Shown: positions 53,149-61,846 of the stretch, in pieces | Layout: the number at the start of each line of letters is the position of its first letter | How positions within the stretch are numbered: the first letter of the stretch is position 1 | Origin: Candidatus Poseidoniaceae archaeon | GTDB lineage: Archaea; Thermoplasmatota; Poseidoniia; Poseidoniales; Poseidoniaceae | Reading direction: 5' to 3' | Assembly: GCA_028353405.1 (NCBI GenBank) | Contig: JAOMOG010000001.1 | Span: forward strand, 24,717-88,716 | Length of the DNA: 64,000 nucleotides | The notes under the pieces: generated by a model | Told to the model about the DNA's origin: nothing | Database searches by the model: none | What the model saw: the letters and a program-made list of their open reading frames with translations, nothing else | Made by a program: the position numbers and the translations under genes

Positions 53149-53925
53149 ATGAGCGAAGTTCTACCAGTGACTGTAACTGTAATTCTTCCTACCCGCAATG
53201 AAGAAGAGGCACTTGGTCCAACAGTTGATGCAATCCCAAGAGGTTGGTGCAAAGATTTGGAGATAATGATAGTTGATGGTAACTCAACTGATCGAACTAG
53301 AGAAATTGGCTTAGAAAAAGGAATCAGAGTCCATTTAGAAGATAGAAAGGGATATGGTCGAGCATATAGAACTGGTTTTGACATAGCTTCTAACGAAATC
53401 ATTGTCACAATGGATGCAGATTGTACCTATCCAGCAGAAGTTGTCCCACAATTGGTAAAGAGATTACTTGATGATGAGTTGGACTTCATCTCATGTGATC
53501 GTTTGAGCCTAGCAGAAGATGGTTCAATGTCAGGACTACATGGTTTTGGAAATTGGGGATTATCATTCACAGCCCGAATGTTATTCGGTTATGGCCTAAA
53601 GGATTCACAAACTGGAATGTGGGTATTCCGAAAGTCCATTTTCAATGATGACAGAATGAGGCCAACCAATGATGGTATGCCACTATCAGAGGAAATCAAA
53701 ATCCTTGCTCGTAGATATCTCGGAAAACAAAAGGCCATTGAGATTTCAGTACCTTATCGGCCTAGAGTCGGCGAAGCGGAAATTCATACATGGGGAGATG
53801 GTTGGAAAAATTTTAAATTTTTATTCGCTCGCCGTTTAGGAATAAACAGGACATTGACACCATGGGGCGGTAGAGATTCAAATCCAGATTCATTAAAGGG
53901 CGATTTACCAGAACAAAAATCCTAA
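53149..53925 (+). CDS. GT2-family glycosyltransferase (dolichyl-phosphate sugar synthase-like)
   Basis: 'VTVILPTRNEEEAL', 'IVDGNSTDRT' and 'VTMDADCTYP' (DxD). The ATG at 53149 is used; the track start 52951 overlaps the divergent GT4 gene. Confidence 0.85.
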   Translation: MSEVLPVTVTVILPTRNEEEALGPTVDAIPRGWCKDLEIMIVDGNSTDRTREIGLEKGIRVHLEDRKGYGRAYRTGFDIASNEIIVTMDADCTYPAEVVPQLVKRLLDDELDFISCDRLSLAEDGSMSGLHGFGNWGLSFTARMLFGYGLKDSQTGMWVFRKSIFNDDRMRPTNDGMPLSEEIKILARRYLGKQKAIEISVPYRPRVGEAEIHTWGDGWKNFKFLFARRLGINRTLTPWGGRDSNPDSLKGDLPEQKS

Positions 53926-53961
53926 GCATAGAACCAAAGGTAAGCGGCGCGAGCCTCATTC

Positions 53962-55704
53962 ATGTCAGAAGAGGGCATAGATGCTGTGCTGGTTGGGACT
54001 CTCAATCCAGAAACAGAAAGTCCAAGCAATGAATTGAATATTGCATTAGGTTCTACAGTTGCAATTTCATTCATATTTTTATTACTCGCTGCGATATTAG
54101 GTCCTGCTTTAACGACAGGAGATAAGGCGAATGATGTTGATGAATCCGAATTTCAAGGAGAACAAGTTTACTTTACTTGGAATGAGCCTGAATACATGCC
54201 ACGTCATGACGAATGTATAGATCCTGATAACGGCCAAGATGCTGGTTACGAAGGCTACGGAATCGGATATGAACCAAGTCTTTCAATCGACAGTCAAGGA
54301 AACTTATTCGTAACTGCGCACAAAGATTTGCGCTGGGGTGGAGAAACAAATCCATTTGCACCTTTGATTGGGGGCGAACTCGGCTCATGGTATGCTTGCG
54401 AGGATGGAGAAATGACCAGTTGGGATTATTGGGCTTCATGGTTTTGGATCTCAAATGATAACGGTGAAACATGGAGTCATGGTGACAATTTCAATCCAAC
54501 TCCTGGAAACTTAGCAAATTCAGTAGCTGGCACATTTACTGGCGCAGGTTCAGAGTGTCTCGGTGATGAAGGTGATATTGCTGTTGATGCAAACGATGTT
54601 GTGTACTATCTTGACACTACTTTAGAAGACAATTGGTGGCATATGTTTGAAGACGGCGGCAACACCTACATCTCTCCAAGCGTTTGCGAGCGAATGAATA
54701 CAATGGCAGCCGATGACCGACCTTGGGTTGCTGCCCAAGGCGACGGTATTATTCATTATCTCGGGAATTCAGGTGCTTCTCCTCCCGAATGTACAGGAGA
54801 TTTCGGGAGATATTGGTATTACCATTCAGAGACAGGACGCGCTCCATTTTCACAATGCTACTCAATGCCTGGAGGCTGGTCAACTCTTTCTAGCCAAAAC
54901 AACGGTCCCTATGTCTTTGTAGCACAAGAAGATGCAGATTCAGATTCAGGAACAGTACATGTTAGAGTGAGCGATGACTATGGTAGAGGAACAGGTCCAG
55001 GGCCAAGTGACGGTTCTTGGGCAGCTCCATTTGATGTTGGTCCAAGAGAAGGAAATTGTCCAGAAGGTTATCCAGTGGTCAACAACAACGAAGGCGGTAT
55101 GGTCGTTGTTACTTGGGCAGATTGTCCAAATGGCAACACCGGTGCTTGGGAAATGCGTGTAGCAGTTTCATACGATAACGGAACTAATTGGTCATCATGG
55201 AACGCCACAGCATTTGACCGAGGAATAAACATGTATCCTTTCGTTTCAATCACCGAAGACCAAGTGGTAAGTCTTGCTTTCTATGGCTTGGATTTCGACC
55301 AAAACAATAGTGAAGATGGCTATGTTGCTGGAAAAGATTGGTTCCTCTATGCAGGTGCTTTGAAAGAACCGCAAGAAGGCGATGTATGGGATTTCAGAAT
55401 CGTCGATCCTACTCCACTTCACACCGTAACTGCCTATGAGGAAAGTAGCGGTGATACACACGCTTTACACGACTTCTTTGAGACAGTAATGTCACCAGAT
55501 GGTTCTTGGATGGGTATTGCCTACCAAGAAAATATAGGACTACATCCGTTTGAAGAAAACGAAGAACAACGCTACATTAAATTCGTTCGAGGAGACATGT
55601 CTGCTAGCCACAGTATCATCTCCAATACAGAATCAAATAATATCGAAATGCCATTTTTGAACCCTTGCGATATTATTGCTAGCGTTAGGCCTGATTTATG
55701 TTGA
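53962..55704 (+). CDS. N-terminally anchored BNR/Asp-box (sialidase-fold-like) protein
   Basis: TM 'VAISFIFLLLAAILGPAL'. Asp-boxes 'SNDNGETWS' and 'SYDNGTNWS' (S-x-D-x-G-x-T-W). Confidence 0.7.
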   Translation: MSEEGIDAVLVGTLNPETESPSNELNIALGSTVAISFIFLLLAAILGPALTTGDKANDVDESEFQGEQVYFTWNEPEYMPRHDECIDPDNGQDAGYEGYGIGYEPSLSIDSQGNLFVTAHKDLRWGGETNPFAPLIGGELGSWYACEDGEMTSWDYWASWFWISNDNGETWSHGDNFNPTPGNLANSVAGTFTGAGSECLGDEGDIAVDANDVVYYLDTTLEDNWWHMFEDGGNTYISPSVCERMNTMAADDRPWVAAQGDGIIHYLGNSGASPPECTGDFGRYWYYHSETGRAPFSQCYSMPGGWSTLSSQNNGPYVFVAQEDADSDSGTVHVRVSDDYGRGTGPGPSDGSWAAPFDVGPREGNCPEGYPVVNNNEGGMVVVTWADCPNGNTGAWEMRVAVSYDNGTNWSSWNATAFDRGINMYPFVSITEDQVVSLAFYGLDFDQNNSEDGYVAGKDWFLYAGALKEPQEGDVWDFRIVDPTPLHTVTAYEESSGDTHALHDFFETVMSPDGSWMGIAYQENIGLHPFEENEEQRYIKFVRGDMSASHSIISNTESNNIEMPFLNPCDIIASVRPDLC

Positions 55705-55713
55705 GGTTTTAGT

Positions 55714-56193
55714 ATGAATAAAATTGAAAAACGCTGGCTTAATCAACAATTTCCAGAATTCCAAATGTCTGATGAAGACGGTGAACTGGTTTCCAACACT
55801 TCTCTTATTGGAAAATGGAGTGTAATCTTTTTCTATCCGAAAAATGAAACACCAGGCTGCACTATTCAAGCGATGACATTTGCCCAATATCATGATGCCT
55901 TTGTTGCATTTAATTGCCAAGTACTTGGAATCTCTTCAGGAACTCAACAATCCCATAAACAGTTCCAATGTAATTCTAATCTACCTTACTCTTTACTTGT
56001 TGACAAGAAGTCAGCATTGCGCCACAATATGGAATTAGGAAAAACGCTTGGAAGAATTCCAAAAAGAGTTACATTCATCACCGATGAAATGGGCGTTATT
56101 CGTTATGTTTTTGATTCACAATTTGCGGTAAAAACACATGCTGCTAAGGCTCTATCATTTCTAAAAACAAACTCAAACAATTATCAATTATGA
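55714..56193 (+). CDS. bcp: Peroxiredoxin, Bcp/AhpC-TSA family
   Basis: 'WSVIFFYPKNETPGCTIQAMTF' contains the peroxidatic Cys in the PxxxTxxC context. Confidence 0.85.
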   Translation: MNKIEKRWLNQQFPEFQMSDEDGELVSNTSLIGKWSVIFFYPKNETPGCTIQAMTFAQYHDAFVAFNCQVLGISSGTQQSHKQFQCNSNLPYSLLVDKKSALRHNMELGKTLGRIPKRVTFITDEMGVIRYVFDSQFAVKTHAAKALSFLKTNSNNYQL

Positions 56194-56227
56194 AGTGATT
56201 GTACTTATTTCTCATATATTCTGAAGC

Positions 56228-56266
56228 GGGGGGGCAATTGATAGGTAGCCCCTCCTATGGAGGGGC
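56228..56266 (+). promoter_or_regulatory. G7 run + perfect hairpin GCCCCTCC-TAT-GGAGGGGC abutting the start codon (candidate SD-sequestering switch)
   Basis: 8-bp perfect arms at 56248-56266. The right arm contains the GGAGG SD 3 nt before ATG 56267. The upstream GGGGGGG (56228-56234) can alternatively pair with CCCCUCC using one G-U. Confidence 0.45.
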
Positions 56267-58870
56267 ATGCTGGCAAGACGGGTAATGGCTCTCGGCTTGG
56301 CCGCGATGTTACTCAGTATTTTCCCAGTGGTCACTGCAGATGACACATTACAGGCTGCTTCACCCCTTTCAGATGGCGTTTCAACAAACGGCTATGTTTG
56401 TTATGACGATGGCTGCTCACCTAATGATGAAATCGATTGGTGGAAGTTAACTGCTTTCAAAGGAGATATCGTCCAAATTGGATTTACTGGTTCAATGAAT
56501 AATGGTAACTGGTTGTGTATAAATGACGGTTGGGAAGCAGACTTTTCCTTACATGATTCATCGGGATCACAAATCGCTAGTCAAGCGATGAGCGATACTG
56601 GCTCATCGGCTTCTCTTACCACAACTATGCCAGCTGCAGGAATGGTCTATGTCAAAATTAAAGGTAAAGATAGCTGGTGTAATGATGGAGTAGATTATAC
56701 ATTGAATCCATCTATTGACAAAGCAAATAGAGATACAGATGAGGATGGATTCATCGATAATGATGATGATTGTGTAGATTTGGTCGGAGCTTCGACCAAT
56801 GACCGTAATGGATGCACTGATACAGATGGGGATGGATGGTCAGACCCAGATTCTGGATGGGGTGTACAAAATGGTGCAGATGCTTTTGCTATTGACCCAA
56901 CACAATGGTTAGATACAGATAATGACGGCTATGGTGATAATTTCGAAGGACATGAAGGAGATCATTGTCCCTACAGTCGAGGCTATTCTAATCTAGACCG
57001 ATTCGGTTGTTTAGATTCAGATGGCGATGGTTTTTCTGATGAAGACCCCGGCGCATTGAATGGTCTCAGTGCTTGGCATGCACACCCTATAGGCTCGGCA
57101 GATGCCTTCGCTTACGATAATTCACAATGGAATGATACCGATGCTGATGGCTTTGGAGATAATTGGCATGATGAATCATGGAATCTTTCTCGAGCACAAT
57201 GGGGCATTGGTCAATGGTTGTTCAATACAACCACACCAGATGCTTGTCCCTTCATCACAGGAAGTTCAAATCAAGACCGCTACGGATGTCCGGATAACGA
57301 TGCTGATGGCTGGTCAAATGGTGATGAAAATTGGACAATAATGAATGGTTCAGATGCATTTGTTGATGAGCCAACTCAATGGAGCGATAGAGATTTTGAC
57401 GGATGGGGAGACAATCACTCTGAAGGTGCAAAATTAGTCGATGATTTTTCAGATAACCCAACTCAATGGCGTGATACCGATGGGGATGGATGGGGAGATA
57501 ACGGGACTTACGGAGCCACCCAAATAGATGATTTCCCATTCGTGAACTCACAATATAGAGATACAGATGGTGATGGTTACGGTGATAATTTCACTGGCTT
57601 TGAAGGAGATGTCTGTGTTTATTCAACAGCAGAAGAAGTAGAATCTGGTTGGATTTCACACTTTGACCGACGTGGTTGTAAGGATTCTGACATGGATGGA
57701 TATTCTGACCCATCGAGCGATTGGATTTCCCATCCAGCGGGCTTTGCCGATGCTTTCCCTGATGACCGTTCTCAATGGTTTGATAGTGATGATGACGAGT
57801 TTGGTGACAACTTGGAGTTCTTTGATGGCCAGTCATGGAGAGAAGCGTTTAGAGGCGATTCTTGCCCCACTACAGAAGGCTCCTCCACAATGGATCGATG
57901 GGGTTGCCCTGATTATGATGGAGATGGCTGGTCTGACCCGACTGTTCATTGGTTAGCAAGTCCTGGTGGAAGTGCAGATTCTTGGCCATATGATGACACG
58001 CAATGGCATGATATTGATGGCGACAACAGAGGTGACAATCCTCTTGGAACAACCGCTGATGCCTGTGTTGATTCAGCGGGAACTTCTCTAGGTCCAAGCG
58101 TAGGTGGAGATAGATGGGGTTGCCCTGACACCGATGGCGATGGTTGGTCTGATTTAGGCGATGCTTTCATCCATGAACCAACACAATGGAGAGATTCTGA
58201 TGGTGATGGATATGGCGATGAAGAATTTGGAAATCGTGGTGATGCTTGCCCAGATACCAGAGGCACCTCCCTGCTCGACCGATTAGGTTGCCGAGATACC
58301 GATGGTGATGGATGGAGTGATCCTACTGATAATTGGAAAGCACATCCACTTGGTCAAGCAGATGCATTCCCTACAGAAGCATTACAATGGAAAGATAGCG
58401 ATGGTGATGGCTTTGGTGATGTTCCATTAGGCGCACTACGAGATGATTGCCCAGAAGTTTATGGCTTGTCAAAGAAAGATGTACAAGGTTGTCCAGATAG
58501 CAATAGAGACGGCTGGTCAAATGAATATGGTGAATATGCTGCGGCTATAGCAATAATGGGCGAAGACCCTGCAGCATCTTGGATGACATATCTAGTCATT
58601 GGGTTTGGATTTATTATCGGTGCAGCAGCAGCTCTAACCGTACGCATTAGTAGAGATAAACTCGAAGAGGAAGAAGCCTTCTTCAATACTAAGATGACAG
58701 ATGATGAGGTTTTATCAATTGCACAAAGTGAACAAAATACTGGTGAAGGTTTAGATTCATTAGATGGAATGATCCCATTATCCGAATTACCAACATTGCC
58801 ACCACTCAACCCTGATGGAACATTACCAGATTTGCCTATGCCAAGTTTCGGAGGTGAAAACGATGCGTGA
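56267..58870 (+). CDS. Surface protein: PPC-like N-domain + many Ca-binding D-x-D-x-D-G (TSP3-like) repeats, C-terminal TM anchor
   Basis: 'DEIDWWKLTAFKGDIVQIGF' is pre-peptidase-C-terminal-like. About 45-aa units 'GC.D.DGDGWSD...ADAF..D.TQW.D.DGDGYGDN' repeat many times. TM 'LVIGFGFIIGAAAALTV'. Confidence 0.8.
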   Translation: MLARRVMALGLAAMLLSIFPVVTADDTLQAASPLSDGVSTNGYVCYDDGCSPNDEIDWWKLTAFKGDIVQIGFTGSMNNGNWLCINDGWEADFSLHDSSGSQIASQAMSDTGSSASLTTTMPAAGMVYVKIKGKDSWCNDGVDYTLNPSIDKANRDTDEDGFIDNDDDCVDLVGASTNDRNGCTDTDGDGWSDPDSGWGVQNGADAFAIDPTQWLDTDNDGYGDNFEGHEGDHCPYSRGYSNLDRFGCLDSDGDGFSDEDPGALNGLSAWHAHPIGSADAFAYDNSQWNDTDADGFGDNWHDESWNLSRAQWGIGQWLFNTTTPDACPFITGSSNQDRYGCPDNDADGWSNGDENWTIMNGSDAFVDEPTQWSDRDFDGWGDNHSEGAKLVDDFSDNPTQWRDTDGDGWGDNGTYGATQIDDFPFVNSQYRDTDGDGYGDNFTGFEGDVCVYSTAEEVESGWISHFDRRGCKDSDMDGYSDPSSDWISHPAGFADAFPDDRSQWFDSDDDEFGDNLEFFDGQSWREAFRGDSCPTTEGSSTMDRWGCPDYDGDGWSDPTVHWLASPGGSADSWPYDDTQWHDIDGDNRGDNPLGTTADACVDSAGTSLGPSVGGDRWGCPDTDGDGWSDLGDAFIHEPTQWRDSDGDGYGDEEFGNRGDACPDTRGTSLLDRLGCRDTDGDGWSDPTDNWKAHPLGQADAFPTEALQWKDSDGDGFGDVPLGALRDDCPEVYGLSKKDVQGCPDSNRDGWSNEYGEYAAAIAIMGEDPAASWMTYLVIGFGFIIGAAAALTVRISRDKLEEEEAFFNTKMTDDEVLSIAQSEQNTGEGLDSLDGMIPLSELPTLPPLNPDGTLPDLPMPSFGGENDA

Positions 58871-60179
58871 TTCAAAGTTTACATTGATGATAATTACCAT
58901 CTTATTCATAACTCTGCTTTCACCGCAAAATAGCAGTATCGTGAGTGCTGAAGAATCTGCTTCACAAGAGGAATTGTTACTGGAAGAAGGCATTACATTG
59001 GTAGCATTAAGAAATGACACATTAGATCTTAATCAAGATGGTGAGACAGACGCTATCCGGGTTGTAGTAATGGTCAATACTAGCAGAGAATGGATCGATA
59101 TGGAATTAAGAGTACTGGGTGATTACAAAGACAAACAAGTAATTGAAAGTGTCACCTTATCCTTCACAGGACAAACCAATGCTAGTATCATGTATGATGC
59201 GTGGTCTAGTGGCGAACATAGCCTTTCACTACAATTTGTTAATGCGGATGGCAATGTTATCACAACTCACCAACTCCCAACCTATTCCTTAATTCCTGCA
59301 TTAAAAACACCTAGAATAAACTTGCAACTAAGTGCACCGCCCTGGATAGAAACAGGTGATGAATGCCTCCTAGAGAGGAATTTTTCTGATGAAACAGGAC
59401 CTCGTTATGATGCCATAGGGACGAGAACTTTTACAGGTGCACCATTTACTGTTTTAGATGATCAAACAACATTAGATTGTTCACATTGGCCTGCTGGAGA
59501 TTATCAATTAAAGGAGTCATATAGGAATGGTTTGGGACAGACTGCAGAATCATGGCTCAACTTGACGATTCACAATAAAGAAGCGCCTAGGTTTTCTTTA
59601 GAAGCAAATGGGAATTACAATTCAACAGACATACCTTGTGAAATAATTATGGTGGCCAATATGGTTGTTGTTGATTTTGATGAGTTCGAAAAGGTTTGGA
59701 GAATACAAGGTTCAATAATTCCACAAGCAAATGGAAGTGAATTTGATTGTTCAGTGCTACCTGCTGGAGTACATTTGATTTCCCTTGAAGTGATAAATAA
59801 TGAAAAGATTTCAACCATTGAAGGAATCAATTTAGTGCGATTACCGGGTGATAATTTATCCGCTGAAGAAGAAAAATCTCTACCTTCCCGTTCCAAGGGT
59901 GAGCAAACCCCTACAGAATCAGTCGGTTGGTTTTCAATTGGCGCTTTAGGACTGATTGTTAGTGCATTGGTATACCTCATACTCGTACGCGTCCAAGACG
60001 GGCCAGAGATGCGAGAACTTCCAAACCTTGGCCCTGAGCCACAGATTTTAGCTGATGGGTCCCCAGATCCAGAAGGGTTGCCAACAACGACAGACGATGA
60101 TGGCGTTTTGTGGAGGCAAAACGAGGACGGAGCGATGGATTGGTGGGACCAAGAAATGCGAGTTTGGCATAGGTGGTGA
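58863..60179 (+). CDS. Secreted, C-terminally anchored protein with a WW-like cytoplasmic tail motif
   Basis: Its ATG overlaps the upstream stop (ATGCGTGA). Signal 'LMIITILFITLLSP', TM 'WFSIGALGLIVSALVYLILV' and tail '...DDDGVLWRQNEDGAMDWWDQEMRVWHRW'. Confidence 0.7.
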   Translation: MRDSKFTLMIITILFITLLSPQNSSIVSAEESASQEELLLEEGITLVALRNDTLDLNQDGETDAIRVVVMVNTSREWIDMELRVLGDYKDKQVIESVTLSFTGQTNASIMYDAWSSGEHSLSLQFVNADGNVITTHQLPTYSLIPALKTPRINLQLSAPPWIETGDECLLERNFSDETGPRYDAIGTRTFTGAPFTVLDDQTTLDCSHWPAGDYQLKESYRNGLGQTAESWLNLTIHNKEAPRFSLEANGNYNSTDIPCEIIMVANMVVVDFDEFEKVWRIQGSIIPQANGSEFDCSVLPAGVHLISLEVINNEKISTIEGINLVRLPGDNLSAEEEKSLPSRSKGEQTPTESVGWFSIGALGLIVSALVYLILVRVQDGPEMRELPNLGPEPQILADGSPDPEGLPTTTDDDGVLWRQNEDGAMDWWDQEMRVWHRW

Positions 60180-60183
60180 ACAT

Positions 60184-61053
60184 TTGATAGAACAATTGTT
60201 CGATGATCCTATTCAATTTATCATATATGCAGTTGCCTCAATAGTAGCAATTGTAATACTGTGGCTGAGTTTTATTTGGGTAACAAAAATAAGACCTCGG
60301 AAACCCAAAATAGAGGCGGATTGGCGCTCAGATTGTGAGTTTCACGGCGAAGCAATAATCGATGGTACAAAAATTACATTTAAAAATGTTAGAGATTTTT
60401 TCTGGCGTACCACAAAAGACTTTGATGCTAATTGGGTAGATGAGATTACAGTAGATTCCGAAGAGATTAAGGATATATGGTTCGTAGTGGACCAGTTTCA
60501 TTCAATCAAAGGTTTAGCTCATACTTTGGTAACCTTTGAATTTAATGATGGTGTTTGTCTATCATTTTCATTTGAAACTCGTAGAGTTGTTGGCCAAAGA
60601 TATCATCCATGGGATGGATTATGGCGTGCTTATGAATTGTATCTATTAGTTGGGCTAGAGAGCGATGTTATGGGGCTTCGCACCAATGGTAGAAAGAATA
60701 TAGATTACATGTTTAGAGCGATTACCCCTCCAGGAAAAGATAAGAAAATGCTCTTCGGTCTTGCACAGAAGCTAAACACGTTAGGTAAAAAGCCAGAATT
60801 TTATAATTCATTATTTACTACTTGTAATACCTCAATAGTCAGTTTAGTTAACAAAGTAACACCTGGCAGAATACCATTTACTTGGAGAAATTTACTTCCG
60901 GGATATACTCCAAGAGCCGCCTATAAACTTGGATTGATTGAAGATTGGGGAGGTTTTGATCAAACGATAGAGGCCTCCAGAATTGACTTGGTTGCTCAAA
61001 AATGGGATGGAGAAGGAACATATTCTGAAATGCTTAGGAAACATTTACCATAA
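60184..61053 (+). CDS. DUF4105 (Lnb N-terminal domain-like) membrane protein
   Basis: TM 'FIIYAVASIVAIVILWLSFIWV' is followed by 'ITFKNVRDFFWRT...WFVVDQFHSIKGLAHTLVTFEF.DG.CLSFSFETRRVVGQRY...YELYLLVGLESD', as in DUF4105. There is no in-frame ATG near the N-terminus; TTG at 60184 lies just after the upstream stop. Confidence 0.6.
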   Translation: MIEQLFDDPIQFIIYAVASIVAIVILWLSFIWVTKIRPRKPKIEADWRSDCEFHGEAIIDGTKITFKNVRDFFWRTTKDFDANWVDEITVDSEEIKDIWFVVDQFHSIKGLAHTLVTFEFNDGVCLSFSFETRRVVGQRYHPWDGLWRAYELYLLVGLESDVMGLRTNGRKNIDYMFRAITPPGKDKKMLFGLAQKLNTLGKKPEFYNSLFTTCNTSIVSLVNKVTPGRIPFTWRNLLPGYTPRAAYKLGLIEDWGGFDQTIEASRIDLVAQKWDGEGTYSEMLRKHLP

Positions 61054-61058
61054 TCATT

Positions 61059-61691
61059 TCAACGTTCTATCAATATTAATAGATGGCCTTCAAGGTGAGA
61101 GATTTTTATTTCCCCTCCTATAGATTCGTTATGTAATCCATTGGTTCCAGGCAATAATTCTTCATTGTTTAATGTCCACTTTACTCCACTGAGTGCCACT
61201 CCCTTAACAGTGCCAATTGCAAATAATGAAATATTCTTTCCTTTTTCTATAGAATTCAATACTAGGCCTTCACTAGGGACTAATCTTGCAGTCCAATTGT
61301 CAAGGTGAAGGATTGCATTTGACTCCTGCTCACATAGAGAAAAATAGGCACCAATTTGATGGTCTAATCTTCCGCCTTCTATTCCTATAACATCAATTTT
61401 TGTTGCACCTAAGTTATTGCAATAATCTATGGCTTTGGCCAAATCATTTGACTCTTGATCTAGTATAGGAATTATTGCAATCCCTAATTGTTCAAGTTGC
61501 GATATGCTCATTTCTTGTGGAATCGAATCTAAGTCACCAACAATGAAGTCGGGAATAATGTCATTTTGCAATAATTGTACTATTGCTCCATCGCAAGCGA
61601 TTACGATGTCAGAACAATCAACTAATGGTTTCCAAATCGCTTGATTAGGCCATGTGCCATTGGCCGCGATGAGGACATTCTTAGCCTGCAT
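61059..61691 (-). CDS. Thiamine pyrophosphokinase (TPK)
   Basis: 'IACDGA...IIPDFIVGDLDSI', 'DQESNDLAKAI', 'VIGIEGGRLDHQIG' and 'GVKWTLNNEEL' line up with the bacterial/eukaryotic TPK catalytic and thiamine-binding domains. ATG at 61691. Confidence 0.8.
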   Translation of the reverse strand: MQAKNVLIAANGTWPNQAIWKPLVDCSDIVIACDGAIVQLLQNDIIPDFIVGDLDSIPQEMSISQLEQLGIAIIPILDQESNDLAKAIDYCNNLGATKIDVIGIEGGRLDHQIGAYFSLCEQESNAILHLDNWTARLVPSEGLVLNSIEKGKNISLFAIGTVKGVALSGVKWTLNNEELLPGTNGLHNESIGGEIKISHLEGHLLILIER

Positions 61692-61775
61692 GAAATAGCC
61701 CAAACTCTCTTCATTGTCAAATACACCGCATAAATAATTTAGCACAAAATAATTCTGTTTTGCAATTATCTCACA

Positions 61776-61794
61776 TGACCCCCTATGGGGGTCA
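61776..61794 (+). promoter_or_regulatory. Perfect palindrome TGACCCCC-TAT-GGGGGTCA in the divergent region upstream of the FG-GAP gene
   Basis: 8-bp perfect arms. It shares the ACCCCCT core with 25469 and 25841. It is followed by two further palindromes (61814-61832 and 61835-61844) before ATG 61847. Confidence 0.45.
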
Positions 61795-61846
61795 AACTAA
61801 TCATTTAGCGAGAAGCGTTTAGAAGTAACGCTGTCGTCATGACGCT

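Noticed and set aside
57102-58875. Several 75-138-aa ORFs on both strands within the 867-aa Ca-binding repeat gene
   Set aside because: They are frame shadows of GAT/GGT-rich repeat DNA (His/Gln/Met-rich translations). The only sensible periodic protein repeat is in the annotated frame.
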